64,000 nucleotides of DNA from an uncultured virus (IMG/VR IMGVR_UViG_3300020048_000035) (lineage: Duplodnaviria > Heunggongvirae > Uroviricota > Caudoviricetes): IMG/VR virus record IMGVR_UViG_3300020048_000035; one strand, given 5' to 3'. The stretch's first letter is position 1, and each line of letters starts with the position of its first letter. Below, in pieces: positions 55,145 through 64,000 of the stretch. The position numbers and the translations under genes were made by a program. The notes beneath the pieces were generated by a model that saw only the letters and a program-made list of their open reading frames with translations, ran no database searches and was not told where the DNA came from.

Positions 55145-55768
55145 TTAGTTTCTAACGTAACTGTAACTCCCACAAGTTGTACATTGAATTGCCATTGATC
55201 CTGTATTCGCTTGTGCGGGGTTAGTTTGCTGTATTGTCACTGTGGCACCAGCTGTGCCATTTAATCCCAACGCAAAACTTTTATCTCCAGATCCGCTTTG
55301 AATAGAACTAATTGTATTGCCACTATTAGTAGTTCCTGGTTGTCCCGTAATGACTAATGTGTGGTTGCTAGATCCAGTTTGATTTGATGTTATAGAATTG
55401 GCATTACCCACAAGATTTTGTATTGAGGTAGTATGATTGCCTACTCCATCTTGAAATAATATTAAGCTATTGCTATATCCGTTTGGTATTTCAACAGCGG
55501 CTTTCTTATCGCCGGTACCTTGCTGCGTAATTCTTACATAGTTAACATCGCTACCAGCAGTAGTTCCCGTAGTAGGAAGGTTAGCGTTTACCCAAGTTTC
55601 TGCTGGCAAATTTGTTCCTATTGCGACACGAGCATAATGATTGCCATCAGATTGTGTAATGTTAACTGTGTTATTGTCTCCTACTTGATCTATGTATACA
55701 TTAGGATTCCACTGAGTACTTTGTGCCCAGACTGTAATAGGAAAGAGTAGCAGTAAAAGTAATTTCAT
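55145..55768 (-). CDS. curlin-repeat secreted protein
   Basis: signal peptide; N.VYIDQ.GD.N, I.Q.G..N repeats. Confidence 0.8.
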   Translation of the reverse strand: MKLLLLLLFPITVWAQSTQWNPNVYIDQVGDNNTVNITQSDGNHYARVAIGTNLPAETWVNANLPTTGTTAGSDVNYVRITQQGTGDKKAAVEIPNGYSNSLILFQDGVGNHTTSIQNLVGNANSITSNQTGSSNHTLVITGQPGTTNSGNTISSIQSGSGDKSFALGLNGTAGATVTIQQTNPAQANTGSMAIQCTTCGSYSYVRN

Positions 55769-56880
55769 TTTTGTACAATATTAATAATGGTATTGCCACC
55801 TGAGTTTACACGATTGCGTACTTCAACAGAACCTTGTATCTGCGTTATAACACTATTTTGTCTTGTTGGTGTTGTTACGCATTGACGATTGCCATCATCA
55901 CGACATAGTGTAACAATAGGTTCATCAAGAGTTACTGTAACGCCTGTTACAGGAATGTAATCAGGCAATAGCTTAGGAGCGCCTGATATGGGTTTTAATA
56001 AGTTAGCTGATTGTGCTGTTAGTTGTGCGCTAACTATATCAAGCAAGTTAATCAGTAAATCTTGTTCTAATAAATTTTGGCTAAGTCTGTCTTTAAATAC
56101 TTCTGCCTGAGCAATATCAATGGCATTAGCTAATCCTTCGGCCTTAAGAAAGTCTACGTCAAGTGCTCCTACTCTTACTGAAGTACGAGTATTTTTGTCG
56201 TCTTGTAATTCTTTCGGAGGACTTACTATCAATGTATTATTGATTTGATCTTCTGTCAATTTAAGTATAACAGGAGGTTTAGGTTTAAAATCTCTACTGT
56301 CTACTTTAGTTGCTTGAAAGGGTTTGTTCATTATAACAAATCCCGCATCTGTTGTAACTGATATCTCACCTGTCTTACAATCACGTTCTATGTCACGCCA
56401 GCCAAATGGACAGCTAGGCAATAGAACAATAGTGCTACGCCCAAACTCGTCTACTGTAGCAGTAAAATCTGTGCCGCGCACACCTATGGTAGCAACTGGC
56501 GTATTAACTGATACTGACTGTGGATTGTTCTTGGCAATTTGTCCACTAGCATAGCGCACGGTGCCATGTGCTACATTAACAGCTAATTTGCCACCCTTAG
56601 TAGTAGCGGGATCATATACGAAATCATCTATTACTAAACGACTATTTTCGTTTACTAACACCTTTGTGTTATCGTCAAAGGTTATTCCCACTTTTCCCTG
56701 GGTCGTCCGTACCGCATCGTTCATCTCTACCTTTGTCCCTTTCGGTCCCGTCAACGTTTCTTTGTTGCGTTGAATATTTGGAACTGTGTTGGAAGTTTCG
56801 GTGACTGTCCCTATCGCGGCGTTTGATTTCTGCGATATACTCACTAAGCAAACCAATAGTACGACCATCCATAATTTCAT
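55765..56880 (-). CDS. FecR-domain secreted protein
   Basis: signal peptide; D.V.T..G...ITF.D.T...; TP.ATIGVRGTDF. Confidence 0.85.
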   Translation of the reverse strand: MKLWMVVLLVCLVSISQKSNAAIGTVTETSNTVPNIQRNKETLTGPKGTKVEMNDAVRTTQGKVGITFDDNTKVLVNENSRLVIDDFVYDPATTKGGKLAVNVAHGTVRYASGQIAKNNPQSVSVNTPVATIGVRGTDFTATVDEFGRSTIVLLPSCPFGWRDIERDCKTGEISVTTDAGFVIMNKPFQATKVDSRDFKPKPPVILKLTEDQINNTLIVSPPKELQDDKNTRTSVRVGALDVDFLKAEGLANAIDIAQAEVFKDRLSQNLLEQDLLINLLDIVSAQLTAQSANLLKPISGAPKLLPDYIPVTGVTVTLDEPIVTLCRDDGNRQCVTTPTRQNSVITQIQGSVEVRNRVNSGGNTIINIVQK

Positions 56881-56892
56881 TACTCCTCCAAG

Positions 56893-57684
56893 TTACCTTG
56901 TATTGCTATTTACAGTAAATGTGTTTGTACTACCAACAGACTTAATGTTCACAATACTGTCTGCGCTTGTGCCGCTTTGCGTAATACTGGTTGTATTACC
57001 TGACCCATTATAATCTAACTTAACAGAATGTCCATTAGTTGCTCCACCGCTTTGTGTGATTCCGGTAGTATTACTAGCACCAACAGTAGTGATATCAACT
57101 GTACCTTTATCACCAGTCATATTAAGTGTTGTACTATTGCCACCGCCTCCTGTTTGACTAATTGTAGTAAGCGTAGTATTGGCGTTAATTGTAGCAACTA
57201 AACTGTTGTTTGCTCCGCCTGCGGTAACTGCTGTAAAATTATTTCCAGAGCCTAATACATTAACATTAGCGTTAGCTGTGTTGCCACTTTGTGTAATGCT
57301 AATGTAATTACTTTCACTCACGCCAGATCCAGAATTATTACTGTTAATAACGGCAGTGGCGTTGTTACCTGTCACTCCATATATCACAGTGGGATTAGTC
57401 ATGCCGTTGCCAGTAGTAGTCCTTACACCTAAACTAAGCGTGTTATTACTACCAACTTGATTGATGGTAACTTGATTGTTATCGCCGTATATAGTACTAG
57501 GAGTGGTATTACCCGATCCTATCCCTTGTATACCACGCACAACGTTTCCTGCTCCATCTTGTGTTACATTGATAGTAGCGTTGTCTCCGCTTTGATCAAT
57601 GTAAATACTGTTGTCGGCTGCGATTGATAAACTAGCAAATCCGATTAGTAGTAATGTCAATATTTTTTTTATTATTGTTTTCAT
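56893..57684 (-). CDS. curlin-repeat secreted protein (CsgA/B-like)
   Basis: signal peptide; DNSIYIDQSGD; many N...I.Q.G..N repeats. Confidence 0.8.
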   Translation of the reverse strand: MKTIIKKILTLLLIGFASLSIAADNSIYIDQSGDNATINVTQDGAGNVVRGIQGIGSGNTTPSTIYGDNNQVTINQVGSNNTLSLGVRTTTGNGMTNPTVIYGVTGNNATAVINSNNSGSGVSESNYISITQSGNTANANVNVLGSGNNFTAVTAGGANNSLVATINANTTLTTISQTGGGGNSTTLNMTGDKGTVDITTVGASNTTGITQSGGATNGHSVKLDYNGSGNTTSITQSGTSADSIVNIKSVGSTNTFTVNSNTR

Positions 57685-57725
57685 TATACTTCCTTAGGGA
57701 TTGTATCCCTTTTATTAGTTAGAAT

Positions 57726-58505
57726 TTATTTAAAATCCCAAACTCCTTTTCGTTGACCTTCTTTAATCAACTCTACCACTGCTGCTTCTATAGTGGTTTT
57801 AACTGCCAATGTTCCTGGCTCGTTAATCGTTAGGCCAGTTTCAGCCTCAAATGCTTGCGTTCCGTCGTTTAAAAATTTCAATATAGCTATGCTATCTGAT
57901 GTACTATATACAGTTTTGGTAACTGTTACTGCCATTAATACCTTTCCTGTATTGACACTTATCGCACGTAAACTTATAGTAACAATATCTTTACTATATT
58001 GGGTTTGTGGACCAATGCCTAGCCATCTAAACGCAGATCCTCCGGACTCAGAGCTACTATCATATCCTATAATTCCACCTTCTATTAACATGCCGGCAAA
58101 CATTAATGGCATTAATGGCTTAGCATCTTTACCTTCGTATGCTTCTCGCATTTGTCTTATTAACTGTCGTTCACGAGTTAGTCCATCCAATGCGACACGT
58201 TCCACTACTTCAAACCAACGACCATTTCCTACGTCTTGTAGAGCTTTAATTAGAAACGTAACGCCTCCTTGTGTTACAGCATTACTCAAACTAGCAATAC
58301 CCGGAGTGGGTTTACGCTGTCCAGTTTGATCAGCAAATGCGTATACTGCCACTACCACTGGCCTAGGATTAGCGGGAAGTGGTATTGTATCAAATTCCTT
58401 TTGCATTTTATTCACAGCAGTTTCTGGCTTAAACTCTTTTCCCATCTTCTGTGAAATGGAACATCCTGACAATAATAAGGCTAATAATAAAGTTAATATC
58501 TTCAT
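57726..58505 (-). CDS. csgG: curli secretion lipoprotein CsgG
   Basis: lipobox LSGC; AVY.F.DQTGQ.KP; S.AVTQG; WF.VVER..L..L..ERQ.IR; EGGIIGYD. Confidence 0.92.
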   Translation of the reverse strand: MKILTLLLALLLSGCSISQKMGKEFKPETAVNKMQKEFDTIPLPANPRPVVVAVYAFADQTGQRKPTPGIASLSNAVTQGGVTFLIKALQDVGNGRWFEVVERVALDGLTRERQLIRQMREAYEGKDAKPLMPLMFAGMLIEGGIIGYDSSSESGGSAFRWLGIGPQTQYSKDIVTISLRAISVNTGKVLMAVTVTKTVYSTSDSIAILKFLNDGTQAFEAETGLTINEPGTLAVKTTIEAAVVELIKEGQRKGVWDFK

Positions 58506-58966
58506 GGACTAGATGCAGGAAATTGAAATGACCCTAAGGGTATAGTTACAGTAGTTTGGTTGCCAATAGTGTCTGTGACTTGCATATTAATATTTGTGCC
58601 ATCTTTGCTCCAAAAGATAGTATTGCCCTCAAAGTTTAATGTACCTTGATTTGTTCCTCCGTTGGCAAACATAGCAGTTGCTAAGTTTTGGCTAATTTGG
58701 GCATAAATCCTACTTTCCAAATTATTAAGAAACTTGGCAATATTAGTGCTCTGCTTGTCTGCCTTAGCTTTATCTATAGCAGCTTGTATATCTTTCTTAA
58801 CCTGAGCTTGCCGAGTAAATTCTTGGTTTTCAATCGTCAGGACATGGGCACTATAGCCATTCCCAGTAAAACTAGGTGACTTAAACTGATAGTCCGCTAT
58901 CGGTGTTGCGACGGCTTGCAAGGAGATCGCGGTAAAACATAGCAGAGTTGTTATTATTTTTATCAT
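58502..58966 (-). CDS. csgF: curli assembly protein CsgF-like
   Basis: signal peptide; YQFKSPSF.G.G; F..NLESRI; adjacent to csgG. Confidence 0.8.
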   Translation of the reverse strand: MIKIITTLLCFTAISLQAVATPIADYQFKSPSFTGNGYSAHVLTIENQEFTRQAQVKKDIQAAIDKAKADKQSTNIAKFLNNLESRIYAQISQNLATAMFANGGTNQGTLNFEGNTIFWSKDGTNINMQVTDTIGNQTTVTIPLGSFQFPASSP

Positions 58967-59027
58967 ACTCTCGCTCCTACCAGTATTTACCGAAAATAAC
59001 TATCAGTTAAGTTGTTACATAATAAGT

Positions 59028-59381
59028 CTACTTTTTGGCAATTATTCCTGTCCAAGTTTCATCAGGCTCAGTTACCTTGTACTCAAGTATTCTAGTGCGT
59101 AATACTTCATAAAATGAATCAATTTGCTTGCCCCAAAACCCAGTCAAATGATTAAGTGCTTGGATACAAAAATCCCAGTTTCGTTTACGATAATTTTCCA
59201 TTAATTCAGCATGGATTTTTTTTAAATTATCAACACGTGCCATTTCATCCAATGGTACATTTTCTATAACACAGTATGCGGTAATAGGATCACTACTTTT
59301 AATAGTCACAGTATCCAGCTCTAGAACTATGTATTTTTCATGTAGTTTTGTCATTTCATTAGTGCCAAAAATAATATTCAT
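59028..59381 (-). CDS. stand-alone homolog of the cyclase C-terminal region
   Basis: aligns by eye with the last ~115 aa of 50103-52148. Confidence 0.75.
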   Translation of the reverse strand: MNIIFGTNEMTKLHEKYIVLELDTVTIKSSDPITAYCVIENVPLDEMARVDNLKKIHAELMENYRKRNWDFCIQALNHLTGFWGKQIDSFYEVLRTRILEYKVTEPDETWTGIIAKK

Positions 59382-59444
59382 TGTGTATCTCCTGTTAAAT
59401 AATTATCATGAATACACATACATTAGAAATAAAGAAGAATAAAA

Positions 59445-60227
59445 ATGAATTTTGATCTTATCAGCGATATACATAGAGAAACATGGGATTACTTTGATTG
59501 GGGTGGGCAACCGACATCACAATACTGTATAGTGGCAGGTGACGTTGCCAGAGATAGGGAACTGGTTATTGATACATTAGAGCAGTTGAGTAAAGTGTAT
59601 ACTGGTGTATTTTATGTTGATGGAAATGATGAACATAAAGATTATGCCGAAGATTTAATTACTAGCTATAATGAATTAACAGAACTTATTAATAAATTTG
59701 ATAATGTAATTTATCTTCATGATAACGTTGTGGTTATGAATGGAATTGCTATTTTAGCCACCAATGGTTGGTGGAGTTATGACTTTGATCCTAGTTTAGA
59801 TTTAGAACAGTCAGTAACTTGGCTACAGCATAAAGATAAAATTAGTCAAATGGCAGCGATTAACATAAACGCAACAGCATATCGTGATGCGGGATACATG
59901 GCAAACAGTGTGGCTAAATTACAAACTTACCAAGATGTAAAATCTATTATTATGGTTACACATACTGTACCAACCCCAGAAATTATAAAACATGATTTAC
60001 AACTAAAAGATTCATGGAGATTTAATTCTATGGGCAACAGTCGCATACAGGATGCGTTAAAAGAAGATTGTGAGAATAAAATTAAGCTATGGTGCTTTGG
60101 CCATTATCATAGACCAGTTGATACAGTGATAGATGGTATTAGATATGTAAGTAACCCTCGCGGGCGAGGGAATACCGAATATTCACAGATAGCATACTAT
60201 CCAAAAAGAATTACCATAGACTGTTAA
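59445..60227 (+). CDS. calcineurin-like metallophosphoesterase
   Basis: LISDIH, AGDV, DGNDEH, VTHTVP, FGHYH, NPRG. Confidence 0.88.
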   Translation: MNFDLISDIHRETWDYFDWGGQPTSQYCIVAGDVARDRELVIDTLEQLSKVYTGVFYVDGNDEHKDYAEDLITSYNELTELINKFDNVIYLHDNVVVMNGIAILATNGWWSYDFDPSLDLEQSVTWLQHKDKISQMAAININATAYRDAGYMANSVAKLQTYQDVKSIIMVTHTVPTPEIIKHDLQLKDSWRFNSMGNSRIQDALKEDCENKIKLWCFGHYHRPVDTVIDGIRYVSNPRGRGNTEYSQIAYYPKRITIDC

Positions 60228-60532
60228 TTTGTCTCTGGTTCTAGTTTAACCTGTAATGGCATGTTTGCTGTGCGAGCAGAAATTGTAACTTCAATTCCTT
60301 TTTGTTCAGCAATTTCATAGGGTAAAACTGCTACGATAGCTGATCCAGCTTCATGTATATCTTGTGTGATTTTTACAGCAGTATCTGGTGTATAATCAAA
60401 GAAGTTCATTAATGATTCAACAACAAATTCCATTGTTGTTCCATCGTCATTTAAATAGATAACTTTAAACAGAGGAGGTTCTTTGAGATCATGGTTAACA
60501 TCAACTCGTGTAATTACATCTTGTTGCGACAT
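60224..60532 (-). CDS. clpS: Clp protease adaptor ClpS
   Basis: PPLFKVIYLNDD.TTMEFVV..L..FF; IH..G; EIAE.K. Confidence 0.93.
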   Translation of the reverse strand: MSQQDVITRVDVNHDLKEPPLFKVIYLNDDGTTMEFVVESLMNFFDYTPDTAVKITQDIHEAGSAIVAVLPYEIAEQKGIEVTISARTANMPLQVKLEPETN

Positions 60533-60599
60533 ACAAATTCCTTTTTTGTTTAGTACGGGACACGATTATCCCGTACTGTATTTACTAAATTATATTATA

Positions 60600-61046
60600 T
60601 TACGATTCGTAGGTAATAGCAATAGATTTAGGTTGAAGTGCTGCTGGAATGTTACGTTCTAACCGTACAGTTAAAATACCATTCTTTGAGAAAGCACTGG
60701 TGACTTCTACGTAATCAGCTAGACTAAAAGTGCGTACAAAATTACGGGCACTTATACCTTTGTGTGAGTATTCGTGACCTTCTGGTAAATCTTTTTCAGC
60801 TTTTACACCCTTAACGATAAGAGTATTGTCCTTAACTTCAACATCAACTTCTCCCTCACCAAAGCCGGCAGTGGCTACTTGTACTTCAAAAGTATTTTCT
60901 CCAGTCTTAATGATATTATATGGGGGATAGTTAGTGCTGTCATTGCTGTGATGATCAATTTGATTGATAATGCGATTGAACAATTGATCTACGCCAATGG
61001 CGTTACGGTAGAATGGATTGAGATCCAGGGTAGTGATTTTTGTCAT
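60600..61046 (-). CDS. small heat shock protein Hsp20/IbpA
   Basis: NYPPYNI, AGF, HKGISARNF.R.F.L, NGIL. Confidence 0.95.
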   Translation of the reverse strand: MTKITTLDLNPFYRNAIGVDQLFNRIINQIDHHSNDSTNYPPYNIIKTGENTFEVQVATAGFGEGEVDVEVKDNTLIVKGVKAEKDLPEGHEYSHKGISARNFVRTFSLADYVEVTSAFSKNGILTVRLERNIPAALQPKSIAITYES

Positions 61047-61144
61047 TGTTTTCTCCTTTAATTAAACGAAGTGACATAATGTAAGCCCGACTATCGGCAC
61101 CTACATTAGTATTTATTATACTATAAAATTATTATATACGAATA

Positions 61145-61534
61145 TTATTTGGTAAAATTGCTAACAATAGTTAGACTTTTTTTAATATCTTCTATTGGCA
61201 TGAGATCGTATGCCACAGGTTCCTCTTTTGGCGTCCCTACATACGCTTGTGGTGGATTTTTATCTGATACTATACGCCATGGACATTCATAATCTTTCAT
61301 TGGTATATTAAATTGATTGTTGTAAACAGGATGCGGGTCAAAAGTCAGACTGAAAAAACTATAATTTTGTTCATCATTAAACCATACCGTGATAGTATCT
61401 TTGCGCTTCATGTAGTGTAGCTGAATATTATGCTTTATAGACCAGTTCTGTAATTCGGTAATATGAGTTCGTGCTAGGCTAGATGCAGAAGCACTCCCTG
61501 GTCCTCTTGGCACTACATCAATTTCTATTATCAT
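61145..61534 (-). CDS. hypothetical protein, weakly family A-like
   Basis: W...H....VWFNDEQNYSFFSLTF. Confidence 0.65.
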   Translation of the reverse strand: MIIEIDVVPRGPGSASASSLARTHITELQNWSIKHNIQLHYMKRKDTITVWFNDEQNYSFFSLTFDPHPVYNNQFNIPMKDYECPWRIVSDKNPPQAYVGTPKEEPVAYDLMPIEDIKKSLTIVSNFTK

Positions 61535-61755
61535 TAGTAGAATTTCTTAGGAAGTTCTTGGGCACGAAGTTTCTTTTTCCAACGACTTTTGGCTGCGCCC
61601 TTTTTTCTTTTTCTGGTAGTGGTGGGTTTTTCGTAAGTTTCCCGCGCACGCAACTCGTCCAACAGACCTGAGTCTTGTATCTTTTTCTTAAATTTTCTAA
61701 GTGCCTTTTCTACGTTTCCGTCATTGACAATTACTGTGTGTCCGTAAAGCTTCAT
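61534..61755 (-). CDS. rpsU: 30S ribosomal protein bS21
   Basis: [10 protein letters not shown]....G.L.ELRARE.YEKPT..RKRKK.AA. Confidence 0.93.
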   Translation of the reverse strand: MKLYGHTVIVNDGNVEKALRKFKKKIQDSGLLDELRARETYEKPTTTRKRKKGAAKSRWKKKLRAQELPKKFY

Positions 61756-62945
61756 TCATTCTCCCTTGCGAGTGTCTCGGGTTTATTTACTAAATTTGAT
61801 GTAATTGCCACGGACAGTATGCTTTGCTTACGATACTTTGGTAGATCAAACATGTGTGGAAGTAATATACGCTCTAGTTCTGTATGTAGCCCACGAGCGC
61901 CAGTCTTTGTTTTAAGAGTCCGTTCTGCTATTAGATTTAAGGATTCTTTTTCAAAATTAAGATCAACACCATCTTGGTTAAATAACCATTGATATTGTCC
62001 TACATAATTGTGTTTAATCTCTGTTAAGATACTGACTAACTGTTCTTTGGTTAATCCATGTAAATTGACTAAACTACTAAACCGACCAATAAACTCTGGA
62101 ATCATGCCATATTTTACCAAATCATCAGGGGAGGCAACATTATTTTCTGACATTTCTGATTTAGCAATATCAGCATTAAATCCCATTGATGTTCCTTGTA
62201 GTCGGCTTTTTATGATTCCATCTAGTCCAACAAAGGCACCGCCAGCAATGAATAAGATATTAGTTGTATCAATTTCCACTGTAGTTTCACTACGACGCCC
62301 ACCTGTTGGGCTAATCTTTATCTTAGTTCCTTCAATTAACTTTAGCAGAGCCTGCTGAACACCTTCACCTGATACATCTCTACTAACAGTTGCGCTTTCA
62401 CTTTTTCTGGCGATTTTGTCTACTTCATCTAAAAATATAATACCACGTTGTGTTCGTTCAATGTCTGAGTCGGCGTTTTGATATAGTCTTAGAATAACAG
62501 ACTCAACGTCATCTCCAACATATCCTGCTTCGGTAAGAGTAGTAGCATCAGCCACGACAAAAGGAACATTCAGATATTTTGCCACTGTACTAGCCAGTAA
62601 TGTTTTACCAGTTCCAGTTGGGCCAACTATCAAGATGTTAGATTTATCAATTTGATTGTTGACATTACCAATACGTTTGTAATGGTTAGTAATAGCTACT
62701 GATAACACTACTTTGGCACTATCTTGCCCTACAACATACTGATCAAGATATGCTTTGATATCATGTGGATCTGGTATTTCTACTGAAGAAATAAGTTTTC
62801 CTGATCCTTGCTTATTTTTTATTAATTTATCGCATCCCTCAACACAAGTGTTACAAATAGCTACATCATCACCTACAATAAATGTCCCAACTGAATTTTT
62901 ATGTTTGCCACAAAATGAACAATGCTCAATTTTTTTCTCTGTCAT
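61752..62945 (-). CDS. clpX: ATP-dependent Clp protease ATPase ClpX
   Basis: CSFCG zinc domain, [40 protein letters not shown] loop, TGARGL. Confidence 0.97.
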   Translation of the reverse strand: MTEKKIEHCSFCGKHKNSVGTFIVGDDVAICNTCVEGCDKLIKNKQGSGKLISSVEIPDPHDIKAYLDQYVVGQDSAKVVLSVAITNHYKRIGNVNNQIDKSNILIVGPTGTGKTLLASTVAKYLNVPFVVADATTLTEAGYVGDDVESVILRLYQNADSDIERTQRGIIFLDEVDKIARKSESATVSRDVSGEGVQQALLKLIEGTKIKISPTGGRRSETTVEIDTTNILFIAGGAFVGLDGIIKSRLQGTSMGFNADIAKSEMSENNVASPDDLVKYGMIPEFIGRFSSLVNLHGLTKEQLVSILTEIKHNYVGQYQWLFNQDGVDLNFEKESLNLIAERTLKTKTGARGLHTELERILLPHMFDLPKYRKQSILSVAITSNLVNKPETLARENE

Positions 62946-62946
62946 G

Positions 62947-64000
62947 CTATCCTAGTTTGCTTACATTTTTAAGTTTAGCTGAAATATGTTCACGCTCAAT
63001 ATCATTTAATAAATCAGGATCATATTCACCTGACCCAATTTTCTCAATAAGATGACTAATATAAGCATCATCATATACGTAACTATCACTTAGATTTTTA
63101 TTTACTGTAATCCATTGAGTACCATTGAATTTGTAAAGGGTGCTTGGTAATTTATCTACCCTCAGAAACATATCTCCCTTGCTTGCAAATTTAGGAAATG
63201 TTGTGCCAAATTTGTTTGTTTCAGATGGAGCAGGATCATTATCAGCTTCTAATCTTAGTCTGAGAGTAATTAAATCTCTGTCGCTTAAGTTCAGCTTGTT
63301 AACATGATCCATGTGATCCCATGGCAATTCTGTTATTAATCCTGCGTCAAATTGTTCAATGTATTCTTTGAACGTTTTTCCAGGATTTTCATTTTTCCAT
63401 AATGACATTGCATATTTTTGCAGTTCATTTCCGTAAGGTTTAATATCGTCAAATAAACTTGTTTTAGCAATTAAGTTACCAACTGGCAAATCTTTACTCG
63501 CCACTTCTTTTATCTGTGTAACTTGCTCATTAGTTAACGGCCCATTATCTGCCTCATATGCGGGAGCAATAGGGTTTTGTTTTAGTTGTTCATTAAGCTC
63601 ATGGATTTTTGAGTTTGCGTTCATTAGTTGGACAATTTTATCTTTATAATCCTGTTCAAATTCCTTAGACTTGTTAGCTACTACATTAATCTTATCTACT
63701 AGATTATTATTTTCCTGGGCGAGAGATTGATTTTCATAGGCAAGATTTTTCAGCTGTTCTTCATACTTTGCTTTATCAACCTTAGGTTCTTCCTTTTTCT
63801 TTTTCTTTTCTCGTTCCCAGCCTATGCCTTTAGTAGCAGCCAGTAGTAATGTTATCGCAAGTGGATCAAATACAATAACAATTAATATGATTACCCAACG
63901 TACTGCTCGTTCTAGCGCATTGACATCTGGATTATCATCATAGACAAGGGCAGCAATATATTTAAGCGGCCCTACTTCAGCTTCTACCTTACGAAGATCC
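62947..64000 (-). CDS. membrane/coiled-coil phage protein (5' end beyond window)
   Basis: frame stays open to the window edge: EAEVGPLKYIA...AVRWVIILIVIVFDPLA. Confidence 0.8.
   Translation of the reverse strand, partial: DLRKVEAEVGPLKYIAALVYDDNPDVNALERAVRWVIILIVIVFDPLAITLLLAATKGIGWEREKKKKKEEPKVDKAKYEEQLKNLAYENQSLAQENNNLVDKINVVANKSKEFEQDYKDKIVQLMNANSKIHELNEQLKQNPIAPAYEADNGPLTNEQVTQIKEVASKDLPVGNLIAKTSLFDDIKPYGNELQKYAMSLWKNENPGKTFKEYIEQFDAGLITELPWDHMDHVNKLNLSDRDLITLRLRLEADNDPAPSETNKFGTTFPKFASKGDMFLRVDKLPSTLYKFNGTQWITVNKNLSDSYVYDDAYISHLIEKIGSGEYDPDLLNDIEREHISAKLKNVSKLG

Noticed and set aside
1..64000. tRNA or rRNA genes
   Set aside because: None recognised by eye; tRNAscan-SE would be needed to exclude them.

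Overview
This looks like a scaffold (five 10-N gaps) of a large T4-like/jumbo phage using the standard genetic code; a betaproteobacterial host is inferred. It has three zones. (1) 1-17.5 kb is a leftward, translationally coupled array of about 57 paralogous 55-135 aa ORFs. They share a C-terminal domain ending F..E.DA..F.L[RK][WF]x, whose codons (TTTTTATTGAGGTGGTCATGA) also supply the RBS and start of the next gene. Two members carry captured fragments of a gp23-type major capsid protein, one matching the Gol peptide. (2) 17.6-39.4 kb is an early/host-takeover zone. It holds about 60 tiny ORFs behind repeated sigma70 promoter cassettes (mostly TTGACA-N18-TATA[A/C]T), four 13-bp repeat arrays, four copies of a promoter plus ~50-nt conserved element, and two GIY-YIG endonucleases, recurring with a ~9-kb period. 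(3) 39.6-64 kb holds late and auxiliary genes. These include putative head-packaged proteins, ClpP x2, ClpX, ClpS, Hsp20, bS21, UvsE, a phasin-like gene with a PhaR-like box, a CHASE2 cyclase, a PlcP/Agt-like pair and a curli-like CsgF/CsgG/curlin/FecR cluster. All family calls come from motif recognition by eye; no database search was run.
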